From positions 1 through 52,238 of the forward strand of contig JAQBHB010000076.1 of the NCBI GenBank assembly GCA_032128115.1: a DNA stretch of 52,238 nt, in the 5' to 3' direction. The notes under the pieces were generated by a model, which was given only the letters and a program-made list of their open reading frames with translations, was not told where the DNA came from and did no database searches. The translations under genes and the position numbers were made by a program. Position 1 is the stretch's first letter, and each line of letters starts with the position of its first letter. Positions 39,566-49,363 of this stretch are shown here, in pieces. This stretch comes from Deltaproteobacteria bacterium. Its GTDB lineage: Bacteria; Myxococcota_A; UBA9160; SMWR01.

Positions 39566-40864
39566 ATGGCGGCGAACGCCACGCCGGCCCAGCGCGCGAG
39601 TGGATCCAGCGACCCGAACCCGACGCGCCCCGGCTCCCCGAACTACGTCCTGGCGGTTCTGGTGCTGGTCAACATGTTCAACTTCATCGATCGCAACATC
39701 GTCTCGGTGCTGCTGCAGCAGATCAAAGAGGACTTCCAGGTCTCCGACGCGCAGATGGGCCTGCTCACCGGCATGGCCTTCGTGGTCGTTCACGGTCTGT
39801 TCGGGGTCCCCATCGCGCGCTGGGCCGATCGCGGCTCGCGGCGCGTGGTGATCAGCACGGGTGTCGCCGTGTGGAGCGCCATGACGGCGCTCTCGGGCCT
39901 GGCCTGGAACTTCATCACACTGCTGGCCCTGCGCATGGGCGTGGGCATCGGCGAGGCCGCCGGCACGCCTCCCGCCCACTCCATGATCTCCGACTACTTC
40001 CCCCCGGAGCGGCGTGCCCATGCGCTCTCCGTGTACGCCATGGGCCTCTACCTGGGCATCATGTTCGGGTACCTGATGGCGGGTTGGATGGGCCAGTTCT
40101 TCGGTTGGCGCGTCACCCTGATCGCAGTGGGGCTTCCCGGGCTGGCGCTGGCCGCCCTGATCGCAGCCACGGTGAAAGAGCCCCCGCGCACCACGACGGT
40201 CGCCTCGCATCCGTTCTTCGAGGTGATCCGGTTCCTGACTGGCCGGCCCGCGTGGCTTGCGCTGCTGGTGGCCGGCTCGTTCCACGCCGCGGTCGGCTAC
40301 TCCATCAACATCTGGGCACCGACGTTTCTGTACCGGGTCCACGGGATGTCCTACGGGGAGCTGGGAACCTGGCTGGGGCTGCTCACGGGGGTGTTCGGCG
40401 GCGCCGGCGCCCTGATGGGCGGCGTCCTCTCGGATCGGCTGGGAAGACACGACCAGCGCTGGTACCCGTGGATCGCCGGCATCGCAGCCCTGGCGGCCCT
40501 GCCCACCGGGGCGGTTTTCGTGATGGCCGATTCGAAGTGGCTCGCCCTGACTTCGTTCGCTCCCCTGATCTTCGTGATCGGGCTCTACACCGGCCCCATC
40601 TATGCCATGAACCAGAACCTGGCCAAGCCGCGCATGCGGGCCATGGGCATCGCCGTGCACCTGCTGGTGGTGAGCATCGTGGGCGGCGGCATCGCGCCCT
40701 GGCTGCTCGGCGAGTTGAACGACGCCCTGCGACCGGAGTACGGAGACCTGGGCATCCGCTACTCGTTGCTGGTGGTGCTGGCAATCGGCACCCTGGTGGC
40801 AGCGGCCGCCTACGCCACCGCGAGCCGAACGATTCGCGCCGACGTGGAGGCGGCGAGGCAATGA
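39566..40864 (+). CDS. MFS transporter (spinster-like)
   Basis: NFIDRNIV, ARWADRGSRR (motif A), RMGVGIGEA, ISDYFP; about 12 hydrophobic segments. Confidence 0.93.
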   Translation: MAANATPAQRASGSSDPNPTRPGSPNYVLAVLVLVNMFNFIDRNIVSVLLQQIKEDFQVSDAQMGLLTGMAFVVVHGLFGVPIARWADRGSRRVVISTGVAVWSAMTALSGLAWNFITLLALRMGVGIGEAAGTPPAHSMISDYFPPERRAHALSVYAMGLYLGIMFGYLMAGWMGQFFGWRVTLIAVGLPGLALAALIAATVKEPPRTTTVASHPFFEVIRFLTGRPAWLALLVAGSFHAAVGYSINIWAPTFLYRVHGMSYGELGTWLGLLTGVFGGAGALMGGVLSDRLGRHDQRWYPWIAGIAALAALPTGAVFVMADSKWLALTSFAPLIFVIGLYTGPIYAMNQNLAKPRMRAMGIAVHLLVVSIVGGGIAPWLLGELNDALRPEYGDLGIRYSLLVVLAIGTLVAAAAYATASRTIRADVEAARQ

Positions 40865-41946
40865 CGGACCGAACGACCGCGACGGATCGAGCGGGGGGGA
40901 ACGGGGATTCGATCGCGGTGTGCGTGGGCGTCCCGGCGTACCTGGGCCCGAACTACCTGGAGCGGTTGGCGGCCATCGACCCGCGCATCGTCGTGGACCC
41001 GCTGCCCATCGACCCGGACGGGGTCTGGGCCACGGTGAACCCGGCGGAGCCCCACGACGAACCGCCCCCGTGGGCCACGAGCGTGGCCGAGCCGCGGCGC
41101 GAGATGCTCGCGAGGGCAGAGGTGCTGTTCGCCCTGCACACGCCGGCGGACCTGATGCGCTGGGCGCCGCGGCTGCGTTGGATCCAGGGCATGGGCGCCG
41201 GGGTCGAGCAGTTCGCCGCCAGCGGCGTACCCCGGGACCGGGTGGTGGTGACCAATGCCTCGGGCGTCAGCGCCGGGTCCATGGCCGAGTGGGTGCTGGG
41301 ACGCCTGCTCCAGGTGTGGAAGCGTTTTCGCGAGGCCGACGCGCACCAGCTCGCCCACCGGTTCGAGCGCACCTACGGCAGGACGTTCGCCGGCTCCACC
41401 CTCGGCATCGTGGGTCTGGGGAGCATCGGCCGCGCCGTGGCCGAACGCGTGCGGCCCCTGGGTGTGCGGGTGCTGGGTCTCACGCGGAGCCACCGGCCCG
41501 GAGACACCTCCGACGTGGCCGACGAGATGTTCGGGCCCGACCAGCTGCACGAGATGCTGGCGCGCTGCGACGCCGTGGTGGTGGCGGCTCCCGCCACGCC
41601 GGACACCCACCACCTGATGGACGCCAAGGCCTTCGCCGCCATGCGGCGCGGCGCCGTGCTGGTGAACGTGGCGCGCGGGTCGTTGGTGGACGAAGTGGCC
41701 GTGGCCGACGCCCTGCGTTCCGAGCGGCTGTCGGCGGCGGTGCTCGACGTCTTCGAAGCCGAGCCCCTCCCGGCCGACAGCCCCCTGTGGGACCTTCCCA
41801 CCCTCTACGCCTCGGCGCACTCCTCCGTCTCGGTAGACCGCTACATCGACGACGTCTTCGACCTGTTCGAGGAGAACCTGCGGCGCTACGCCGCCGGCGA
41901 ACCCCTGCGGAACCGGATCGACATGGAAGCCCTAGGCTTCGTCTGA
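40861..41946 (+). CDS. D-2-hydroxyacid dehydrogenase family
   Basis: GAGVE, VTNASG, GIVGLGSIG, NVARG, LDVFEAEP, SAH; ATGA overlap with the MFS stop. Confidence 0.92.
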   Translation: MTDRTTATDRAGGNGDSIAVCVGVPAYLGPNYLERLAAIDPRIVVDPLPIDPDGVWATVNPAEPHDEPPPWATSVAEPRREMLARAEVLFALHTPADLMRWAPRLRWIQGMGAGVEQFAASGVPRDRVVVTNASGVSAGSMAEWVLGRLLQVWKRFREADAHQLAHRFERTYGRTFAGSTLGIVGLGSIGRAVAERVRPLGVRVLGLTRSHRPGDTSDVADEMFGPDQLHEMLARCDAVVVAAPATPDTHHLMDAKAFAAMRRGAVLVNVARGSLVDEVAVADALRSERLSAAVLDVFEAEPLPADSPLWDLPTLYASAHSSVSVDRYIDDVFDLFEENLRRYAAGEPLRNRIDMEALGFV

Positions 41947-42597
41947 TCCGCCCTCTGCTTCTTTGGATCCGATCCGGGCGAAGGTATTGACGTAGTCGAT
42001 CACCAGTTCGTCGTGGCCGGCCCAGTTCTTCGCTTCGGGTGTGCCCGCGCCCAGGCGGCGGGCGATGGTGTTGGGGGCCATCTTCTGGAAGGCGGCTTCC
42101 GGGTCTTCCGTGTCCATTTCGTAGAAGTGCAGATAGCGCGGACTGCCGCCGGCGGCGTTCTCATAGGGCGTGATCATCGTGTAGCCCTCGATGCCGGCAG
42201 CCGCGATGTGGCGGATGTGAACGAAGTCTGCCCAGTCGCGAAAGGTCTGGGCCCGCTCCGGATGGCGCGGCGTCACCAGCACCAGCAACAGACCGATCGT
42301 GGGCTTGCCGTTCAGGCTTCCCTGGGGCGGCCTCGGCGTTCGCCGGAAGTGGAGGCCGCGGAGCGACGGGGGGCTGGCCGGAAGCGCGAAGCCCTCCCCC
42401 ACTTCGTAGACACCCAGGGTCGTGAACTCGTCCAGGCTGCGCGGAAACTCGCCCCGTCCGGGGCGCTGGTTCTCCCACCAGGTGGCGCGCTCGACGCCGG
42501 GCGACGCCAACACCTCGGAGACGCGCTTGTGCGCGTAGTCGCCGGGCGGGCCCGGGTCGAGTTCCAGGTAGAGCCCCTCTGTCATTCGATCTTCCAT
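41932..42597 (-). CDS. Hypothetical protein, possibly EthD/DUF4286-like alpha-beta barrel
   Basis: FRDWADFVHIRHI, PRYLHFYEMD; coding-like composition, last gene of a minus-strand run. Confidence 0.55.
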   Translation of the reverse strand: MEDRMTEGLYLELDPGPPGDYAHKRVSEVLASPGVERATWWENQRPGRGEFPRSLDEFTTLGVYEVGEGFALPASPPSLRGLHFRRTPRPPQGSLNGKPTIGLLLVLVTPRHPERAQTFRDWADFVHIRHIAAAGIEGYTMITPYENAAGGSPRYLHFYEMDTEDPEAAFQKMAPNTIARRLGAGTPEAKNWAGHDELVIDYVNTFARIGSKEAEGGSDEA

Positions 42598-42622
42598 GGT
42601 CCTCGCTTCCAACGGGCGCGGT

Positions 42623-43522
42623 TCAAGTCAGGCGCCCGGCCACGTAGCTCGCCACCCGCTCCATGGCGGCCACCGCCTCGGGAATGCCAGCGCTCGCCAG
42701 GCCCTGGAAGCCGTGGACCATGCCCGGGTGGATCTCCAGCGTTACGTCGACTCCCTGCGCTCCGGCCTTCGCGCCCAGGCGCAGGGCGTCGTCGCGGGTC
42801 AGGTCCACCTGGCCTACCTGCAGCAGCAGCGGCGGAAGTCCCGTCAGGTCCGCGTGGACTGGCGACGCCAACGGGTCGCGCAGATCGCCGTCGGGTCCCA
42901 CGTAGTCGCGACCGCGCGCCCGGGTAAAGGCGGCATTGGCAAACGGGTCGCGACCCACCGGATGCACAGCGGACTCGCCGCTCGCCTCCAGGTCGAACCA
43001 GCCCCCGAGCGCGACCGCACACGCGGGCAGGGTCACCTGCTGGTCGCGAAGGCGCAGCAGGGCCCCCACCGCCAGCGCGCCGCCGCAGGAGTCGCCGATG
43101 AACGCCACCCTTCCCGGCGACATCCCCTGGTCCAGCAAGCCCCGGTAGGCCGCAGCGCAGTCGTTGAGTGCCGCCGGATGCCGGTGCTCGGGCGCAAGGC
43201 GATAGTCCACCAGCAGGACCCGCGTGCCACAGGCACGCGACAACATCTCGGCGTAGAACAGATAGCCGTCGCCGCAGGCCGCGATGTACGCCCCGCCGTG
43301 ACAGAGCAGCAGCACCCGCTCCTGCTCCTGCTCGCGGGATTCGGGCGTGTCTACCCAGGCGCAGCGCACGCCGCGAAGCTCGGTCCATGCGACCTGCACG
43401 TCGTGGCCGATGGCGTGGCCGTGCACGCCGTTGAGCTTGTCGCGAGAAACTTCCAGCGAGTCGTCGGCGCTGAACAGATCATTCTTCAGGAGCGCCAGGA
43501 AAGCTTCGTATTCGCGGCTCAT
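42623..43522 (-). CDS. Alpha/beta hydrolase (HSL-like esterase/lactonase)
   Basis: HGGAY, DYRLAPEH, GDSCGG, HGF; ATG 43522. Confidence 0.92.
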   Translation of the reverse strand: MSREYEAFLALLKNDLFSADDSLEVSRDKLNGVHGHAIGHDVQVAWTELRGVRCAWVDTPESREQEQERVLLLCHGGAYIAACGDGYLFYAEMLSRACGTRVLLVDYRLAPEHRHPAALNDCAAAYRGLLDQGMSPGRVAFIGDSCGGALAVGALLRLRDQQVTLPACAVALGGWFDLEASGESAVHPVGRDPFANAAFTRARGRDYVGPDGDLRDPLASPVHADLTGLPPLLLQVGQVDLTRDDALRLGAKAGAQGVDVTLEIHPGMVHGFQGLASAGIPEAVAAMERVASYVAGRLT

Positions 43523-43578
43523 GCTACATCGACGCGCTGGAAACCTTCTGGAGAGCGGTCCACCAGCTGGAAGGCCCT

Positions 43579-44538
43579 TCACTGGCTGGCGGCGGCTTGC
43601 GATCCTGCGAGGCGGGCGTGGTGGTGCTCGCGGATCAGACGCGCCGCCTCCGACAGGGTCTTGCGCGACGGGCCTTCGCCCGCGATCTGCGCCAGCTCCT
43701 CCAGCTCTTCCTCGCTGAAGCCCGCTTCGCGACGGTCGTCCCAGGCGATGGGGATGGCCGCACCTTCCCGCTCCGAGCGGGCCCCGCCGAAACTGAACTG
43801 CTTGTCCACCTGGCGCCGGAATTCCTGGGTGCGCTCCAGATGATCCGGGTCGTCCTTCGTGAACTCCCTCACCCACTCGCTGCCGAAGCGCACATGCGTG
43901 AGTTCGTCGGCCAACACGTAATCGATGGCCTGCTTCATGTGCTCGTCGCCGATCTGATCGGCGTAGCGGATCATGTCGCGAAACACGTCGCACGCCAGCC
44001 CCTCGAGGCCGCGATTGACACCGGCCACGCGCATGGCGGGATCTTCGGCGCAGGCGCACTCGAACAGGAACGTGCTCTCCGGGAACATGCCCACTTCGCC
44101 GCCCACGTGGCCCAGCAGCTTCTCGAAGATCTGCACGTGTCGCGCCTCGTCCCAGCACTGGCGCGCCATGTTCATCTTGAATTCCCAGGGAGCATCCGGG
44201 AAATCCCAGAGTGAGCGGCCCGCGCCTTCCAGGGCCTGCAGCTCGCCGGCAAAGATGCCGTGCATGCGCAGCAACAAGCGCTCCTTCGACACCGGCGCCC
44301 CCGGCTCCAGCGGCTCGTTCAGGGTGACGAGCATGAAGGCCGCACCGTACTCGTCGTACAGGGGCTCGGCCGCCGTGCCCTTGACCGCCCTGGCGATCAA
44401 CGGGTCGAAATTCTCGAAGGCCTCGACGACGCTGTTCACGTCGTCGGGAAGCGTCGACAGGACGGTCGCGATGGCGTTGTTCTGGCGCACGAACCGGCTG
44501 TCGCGCGCAAGCTCATCGTGTTGGATGAATCGCCTCAT
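43579..44538 (-). CDS. DUF455/ferritin-like di-iron protein
   Basis: ELQALE, QCWDEARH, EGLACD, ADELTHV; AAGGAGG RBS before ATG 44538. Confidence 0.8.
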   Translation of the reverse strand: MRRFIQHDELARDSRFVRQNNAIATVLSTLPDDVNSVVEAFENFDPLIARAVKGTAAEPLYDEYGAAFMLVTLNEPLEPGAPVSKERLLLRMHGIFAGELQALEGAGRSLWDFPDAPWEFKMNMARQCWDEARHVQIFEKLLGHVGGEVGMFPESTFLFECACAEDPAMRVAGVNRGLEGLACDVFRDMIRYADQIGDEHMKQAIDYVLADELTHVRFGSEWVREFTKDDPDHLERTQEFRRQVDKQFSFGGARSEREGAAIPIAWDDRREAGFSEEELEELAQIAGEGPSRKTLSEAARLIREHHHARLAGSQAAASQ

Positions 44539-44609
44539 GGAAGGCCTCCTTGGATCGCGCCGGATGCGACCTGCGCGCTCCGGCAGCATAGCCCGGTCTC
44601 CGGTACGCC

Positions 44610-45587
44610 CTAGTTGCGAAGGACGATCTTTCCCATGGCGACACTGTTCGCCAGATCCTCGAGCCCCCGGGGAAGCTGACGGAAGTCCAGGCTTCGGTGC
44701 AGAGGGACGCGGATCGTGCCCGCGCGGTACTGGGAGAGCAGCGCCTCCTGGGCGCATTCCCTGAATGCGCGGTCGTAGCCGCCCGGCATCACGCCCATCA
44801 CCGAGTAGTTGCGCGTGGTCAGATGGGCCGCGTCGGGCGTGCCCCAGCGGCCGCTGGCGAAGCCCACCACCAGAAGGCGCCCCTCGTGGGCAATGCAGCG
44901 GGTGGCTTCGCGGAAGGCGTCTCCCCCCACCGGGTCGTAGATCACGTGGGCGCCCACCCCGCCGGTGGCCTCCAGCACGGTCTCCGCCACGTTCTGGCTG
45001 CGGTGATCGATCACCGGATCGGCACCCAGATCGCGACAAAAGGCCGCCTTGGCGGAGCCGCCGGCCGTGGCCAGCACCTTCGCGCCCAGGGCTCGACCCA
45101 GCTGGATCGCGGCGGATCCCGTCCCCCCGGATCCTCCCAGCACCAGGAGATTCTCGCCGGGCTTCAGTTCCGCGCGGCGGACCAGGCCCACGTAGGCCGT
45201 GTGGTAGGGGATCAGGAATCCCGCCGATTCCTCGTCGCTCATGAAATCGGGGGCGGGGAAGGCGAAGTCGTCCAGGGCCAGCGCCTCCTCGGCGAAGCCT
45301 CCGTAGCCCGTGAAGAAGGCGGAGACCGCCATCACGCGCTGGCCCACCCGGGCCTGCGTCCCCTCGCCGGCCTCCGTCACCACCCCCACCAGCTCCTGGC
45401 CGGGGGTGAACGGCAGCGGCGGGGTCAGGGCATACCAGCCCCGGCACATGTAGAGGTCCGGCAGCCCCAGGGCCGCCACCGACACCCGCACGCGCAGCAT
45501 CCGCGGGCGCGGCGCCGGCGCCGAGTGCTCGACGATCTGGAGGGCCTTGCGGGGCTCCCCGTGCTGTCGGACCTGCCAAGCGCGCAT
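44610..45587 (-). CDS. NADPH:quinone oxidoreductase (MDR superfamily)
   Basis: PFTPGQE, GGFAEE, LGGSGGTG, YDPVGG, VVGFASG, GKIVL. Confidence 0.92.
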   Translation of the reverse strand: MRAWQVRQHGEPRKALQIVEHSAPAPRPRMLRVRVSVAALGLPDLYMCRGWYALTPPLPFTPGQELVGVVTEAGEGTQARVGQRVMAVSAFFTGYGGFAEEALALDDFAFPAPDFMSDEESAGFLIPYHTAYVGLVRRAELKPGENLLVLGGSGGTGSAAIQLGRALGAKVLATAGGSAKAAFCRDLGADPVIDHRSQNVAETVLEATGGVGAHVIYDPVGGDAFREATRCIAHEGRLLVVGFASGRWGTPDAAHLTTRNYSVMGVMPGGYDRAFRECAQEALLSQYRAGTIRVPLHRSLDFRQLPRGLEDLANSVAMGKIVLRN

Positions 45588-45678
45588 CACCCCCTTTTCT
45601 ACGCGCGAGGTCGGCGCCGGGTCAAGATCCCCCCAGACGGCGTTGCCGGGGCCGTCCAACCCGTTCATTCTCAGCCGC

Positions 45679-46839
45679 GTGGAGCCCCTGAGTCGCGGAC
45701 GCTTGCTGGGATTCCGGGCGGCCAGCGTCGTGCTGGGCGTGCTGGCGGCCCTGATCCTATGCGAGGGGATCCTGGTCGCGTTCGACGTGGGGCCGAAGCT
45801 CAATGTCATCTACCAGGAGAACTTCCGCCTGAGCGACCAGCCGGCTCTCGGCTACGAGTGGGTGCCCGGGTCGCCGGACGGGGCCCTGTTCATCAGCACT
45901 GCCGGTCTGCGCGACCGGGAGTTCGCGATCCCCAAACCCGGGGGCACGTTCCGCATCGCGGTGCTTGGCGATTCGGTCACGGCCTCGTTCGGCCTCTCGC
46001 GCTGGCAGACCTACCCCAAGCAGCTGGAGTCGCTGCTCGAAAAATACGCGTCGGGCGACACCCGCTACGAGGTCCTGAACCTGGGCGTGGTGGGATACAA
46101 CGCGCCCCAGGCGGTGGCCTCGCTGCGCGCCCGGGCCAAGGCATTCGATCCCGACCGGGTGATCTACGGCTACGTGCTGAACGACCCCCTGCCGTCGCAC
46201 CTGATCGCCGAGTCGCTCGCCGCCCTGGAAGCCGATGCCCGCGAGCGCGGACGCGCGGAAGCGGCGCGCCAGGTGGGCCGCCTGTTGTCCCGCTCGCGAC
46301 TCTACGCCCTGCTGCGGCCCCCGCCGATTCCAGGCGATACCCGGGTTTCGGTGGACTGGCAGGCGCCCCTGGCTGTGGCTGCGCGCGACGGCGATCCGGT
46401 GGCCTACCTGCGCGAGCTACACGCCGACCCGGACGCCTGGCAGCGGGTGACACAGGCTCTATCCGAGCTGGCGTCGGCGCGCCCGGACGCCGTGGTGGCG
46501 ATCTTCCCGATCCGATGGCGCGACGCCTTCGCGATCTATCCCTTGCTGGATCTGCACGAACGCGTGATGGCCGAAGCCCGACGCCAGGGGCTGGCAACCC
46601 TGGACCTGACCCCCGCACTCGCCGCCGCCAGCGCGCCGTTGCGCGACACCGACCTGTACGACGATCTGGTGCATCCGAACGCCGCGGGCAATCGGGCCGT
46701 GGCCATGGCACTGCTGCAGTGGCTGTCCCGGTCGGGCGCGCTGCCCGGCGGCGACCAGCCCTTCGATCGGGTGCTCGCGTCCCAGGGGCCCGACGCCCGC
46801 CTGGCAGCGGCCCTCGATCAGCCCGCTCCGGCGCCGTGA
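45679..46839 (+). CDS. SGNH/GDSL hydrolase with N-terminal membrane anchor
   Basis: LGDSVT, NLGVVGY, LND, DLVHPN; start uncertain. Confidence 0.85.
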   Translation: MEPLSRGRLLGFRAASVVLGVLAALILCEGILVAFDVGPKLNVIYQENFRLSDQPALGYEWVPGSPDGALFISTAGLRDREFAIPKPGGTFRIAVLGDSVTASFGLSRWQTYPKQLESLLEKYASGDTRYEVLNLGVVGYNAPQAVASLRARAKAFDPDRVIYGYVLNDPLPSHLIAESLAALEADARERGRAEAARQVGRLLSRSRLYALLRPPPIPGDTRVSVDWQAPLAVAARDGDPVAYLRELHADPDAWQRVTQALSELASARPDAVVAIFPIRWRDAFAIYPLLDLHERVMAEARRQGLATLDLTPALAAASAPLRDTDLYDDLVHPNAAGNRAVAMALLQWLSRSGALPGGDQPFDRVLASQGPDARLAAALDQPAPAP

Positions 46840-49073
46840 TCCACGAAGATCGGGGACGACCACGCCCGGGGCTCGTGCTCTTCCAGGCAGTCGTCATCCG
46901 CACCGCCGGGACCGGGGCACGGTGAAACCGCGATGCAGTTCCCCTCGTCGTCGTAGTCGCAGCGCAGATTGCCGGCGTTGATGGCCGGGGCCGGCTCCTC
47001 GTACACGCGCGCGTAGTAGACCGTGTCGCGGCCCAGGTTCTGGAAGTCCGGATCGTGGAAGGTCACGGCACAACCGAACGGATCCGGGGCGCAGGCGAAG
47101 CTTCGCCAGGGGTCGTCCACCAGGTCGGCCACGTCCTCGCCGGGCCGGATCTGCGGCCGGATCCGCACGATTTCGATGCGCGTGATCAGTCGTCGCTGGT
47201 CCGACGGGTTGTAGCAATCGTTCTTGCACAGGCGGGCGAGCCGCTCGGCCTCGAGGCCGCGCACGGCGTAGTCGGGGCAGCCCGGCTTCTGCTCGAACGA
47301 TCCCACGGCGCGCACCTGGAAGATGGGGTTCTCCTGCATCTCCACCTGGCCACCCATGGGCACGGATCGCCCGCGGGTGCCCGGCGAATTCAGCAGGTCG
47401 AACCACAGCAGGATGCGCGGGCCGCTGGTGCCGTAGACCCGGCGATCCTGAACTGCCTTCCAGATGGAATCGCGATCGCGGCCCGACGCCTGGACCGCGA
47501 TCAGGCCCCCAGTCAGGAAGAACGACGCCTGGCGCTCCAGCTCGAACAGCATCCAGCCCGAGAACGGCGTGTCGTCGGGGTCGAACGGGCGCCCGCTCGC
47601 CCGCTTCTCCTCCTCGGGCCGGTTGAAGAAGCGCGCCATGGGATTGTCGCTGCTCGGCGCCATTCCGTTCGACTCGGTGTTGCCCCGGCGATGGCGCTCC
47701 TTGTAGCCCGTGCCCGGCCGCGCGAAGTGGTTGTCGCTGGACGCCATGAAGCCGAAGCGGAATCGGCGGGGGTTGTCCGGATCGTCGTCGAAATCGCCAA
47801 GGGCCAGCACGTACTGGGCGGATCCCCCAGGCCGGTAGTTGAACGACGGCTCATCGCAATCCCGGCACTGGCCCGCATCGAGCCAGTCGCCGATCTCGGC
47901 ACCCGGGACCGTCAGGTGCACCTGAACCCCGGCGGCCGCCGCGAAGTCCCGCTCCTCGGCAGCGCGCTCTTCACACTCGTCTTCGGAATCGCCCGACGCC
48001 AGGCAACGCTCGCGGATGATCTCGCCGGCCTGCCAGCAGCTGGGCAGGTACTCGGGTCGCGGTCCCGGACATACCGGGGCGCCGTCGACGTCGAAGTCCA
48101 CGCCACGCCAGTCGCGGTAGACCTCGGAATCTCCGTGCCCCGAGTAGACCTCGATCAGGGTCTGCCGGTTCGGGTCGTGCATGGACCCCCGCAGCTGCTT
48201 GTCCCAGGTGGAGCCCGGAGGGGTGTACATGCCCCAGGTGGTGCCGTGGGGAATCACGATGGAATCGAAGCCCCACTCGTCGAGCTTGCGATACAGGCCG
48301 ACCGGCGTGTCCGTGTACTCCAGACAGTCGTCCGGCAGATCGCGCACGTCCGTGTCCAGGTCGCACAACTCGGTTCCGCTGCGCTCCGCGAAGTACTTGA
48401 TCAGGTCCTGGTAACGGCCCGAAGGCGCCATCAGGCCGAACACGCCCAGGGCCAGCCGGTTCGGCAGCGCGCTTGTCGCGCGTCGGATGGTTGCGCCCGC
48501 GGCGATCGGGCGCGTGGGGATCTCGTCTTCCTCGAGCGACGCGAGCACCACGTTCTTGTGGCCGTAGTGGTTCTCCACCGAGTCGCCGACCTGCGTCCAC
48601 TCCCAACCCAGGAACGACACCATGTCCGGGTTGTTCGGGTCGCCCGCCATGTCGTTGCACTGGCGAACGCTGTCGATGGTCTCGCGCCAGTGTTGCTGGG
48701 TGATCTGCTCCGCATGATCGTTGATGGACCAGAAATCCAGAGCCGAGCAGTAACGGGCGAAGTCGCAGGCGTCCGCCGGCGGGTGCGCACCCTCGCCCAT
48801 CATGGGCATGCTCATCATGAACGCGTCGAATGAAAAGGTCGTGTGGACGTGAAAGTCACCGAACAGGATCTGGGGATCCGAGCGGGCCCCGATGTCCGCG
48901 GCCGCGTCGGCAACACTCGCCTCGGTCTGCCGGACCACGTCGGCGGGTCGGCGCCCAGCCGTTACCTGGCCCGGACCTTCGTGACTTCCCCGGATTCCGC
49001 TTCCATACGCGTAGAGCACGCCGAGCCCCACGACAACCAGGATGGCGAGCCACATCACGGCCTTCTGGACCAT
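46818..49073 (-). CDS. DUF3604 family (PHP-like) Cys-rich protein
   Basis: FGDFHVHT, NDHAE, GWEWT, IPHG, SSDNH, YGTSGPRI, RAWSSPIF. Confidence 0.85.
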   Translation of the reverse strand: MVQKAVMWLAILVVVGLGVLYAYGSGIRGSHEGPGQVTAGRRPADVVRQTEASVADAAADIGARSDPQILFGDFHVHTTFSFDAFMMSMPMMGEGAHPPADACDFARYCSALDFWSINDHAEQITQQHWRETIDSVRQCNDMAGDPNNPDMVSFLGWEWTQVGDSVENHYGHKNVVLASLEEDEIPTRPIAAGATIRRATSALPNRLALGVFGLMAPSGRYQDLIKYFAERSGTELCDLDTDVRDLPDDCLEYTDTPVGLYRKLDEWGFDSIVIPHGTTWGMYTPPGSTWDKQLRGSMHDPNRQTLIEVYSGHGDSEVYRDWRGVDFDVDGAPVCPGPRPEYLPSCWQAGEIIRERCLASGDSEDECEERAAEERDFAAAAGVQVHLTVPGAEIGDWLDAGQCRDCDEPSFNYRPGGSAQYVLALGDFDDDPDNPRRFRFGFMASSDNHFARPGTGYKERHRRGNTESNGMAPSSDNPMARFFNRPEEEKRASGRPFDPDDTPFSGWMLFELERQASFFLTGGLIAVQASGRDRDSIWKAVQDRRVYGTSGPRILLWFDLLNSPGTRGRSVPMGGQVEMQENPIFQVRAVGSFEQKPGCPDYAVRGLEAERLARLCKNDCYNPSDQRRLITRIEIVRIRPQIRPGEDVADLVDDPWRSFACAPDPFGCAVTFHDPDFQNLGRDTVYYARVYEEPAPAINAGNLRCDYDDEGNCIAVSPCPGPGGADDDCLEEHEPRAWSSPIFVDHGAGAG

Positions 49074-49170
49074 TCCTCACCTCGACCGGCGCCCCCCCGG
49101 TGCGCGCGGACCCGCAGTCTAGTCCACGAGGTGGTAAGGTGCGCGGGCGTTTGTGACAGGGAGCATCTCC

Positions 49171-49325
49171 ATGAAGCTCGGACTCATGAAGATGGCCTTC
49201 GGCAAGAAGGTGAGCTTCATCCTGGGGCTCGGTCCCTCGGGCCCCCAGGTGGTGGAGGGCTGGCACGGCGTGCCCGATGCGCTGGTAGACGATGTGCACC
49301 TGGTCGGGACGGCGGACCCGATCGA
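49171..49325 (+). pseudogene. Collapsed remnant of an F420-dependent LLM oxidoreductase gene
   Basis: RBS (AGGGAG)+MKLGL, then FILGLGPSGPQVVEGWHGVP directly joined to DALVDDVHLVG; the pieces look like start, middle and end of the family. Confidence 0.65.
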
Positions 49326-49363
49326 TCCTGCGCCGGGTTACGATGGGGCCTGGAGGATCCAGC

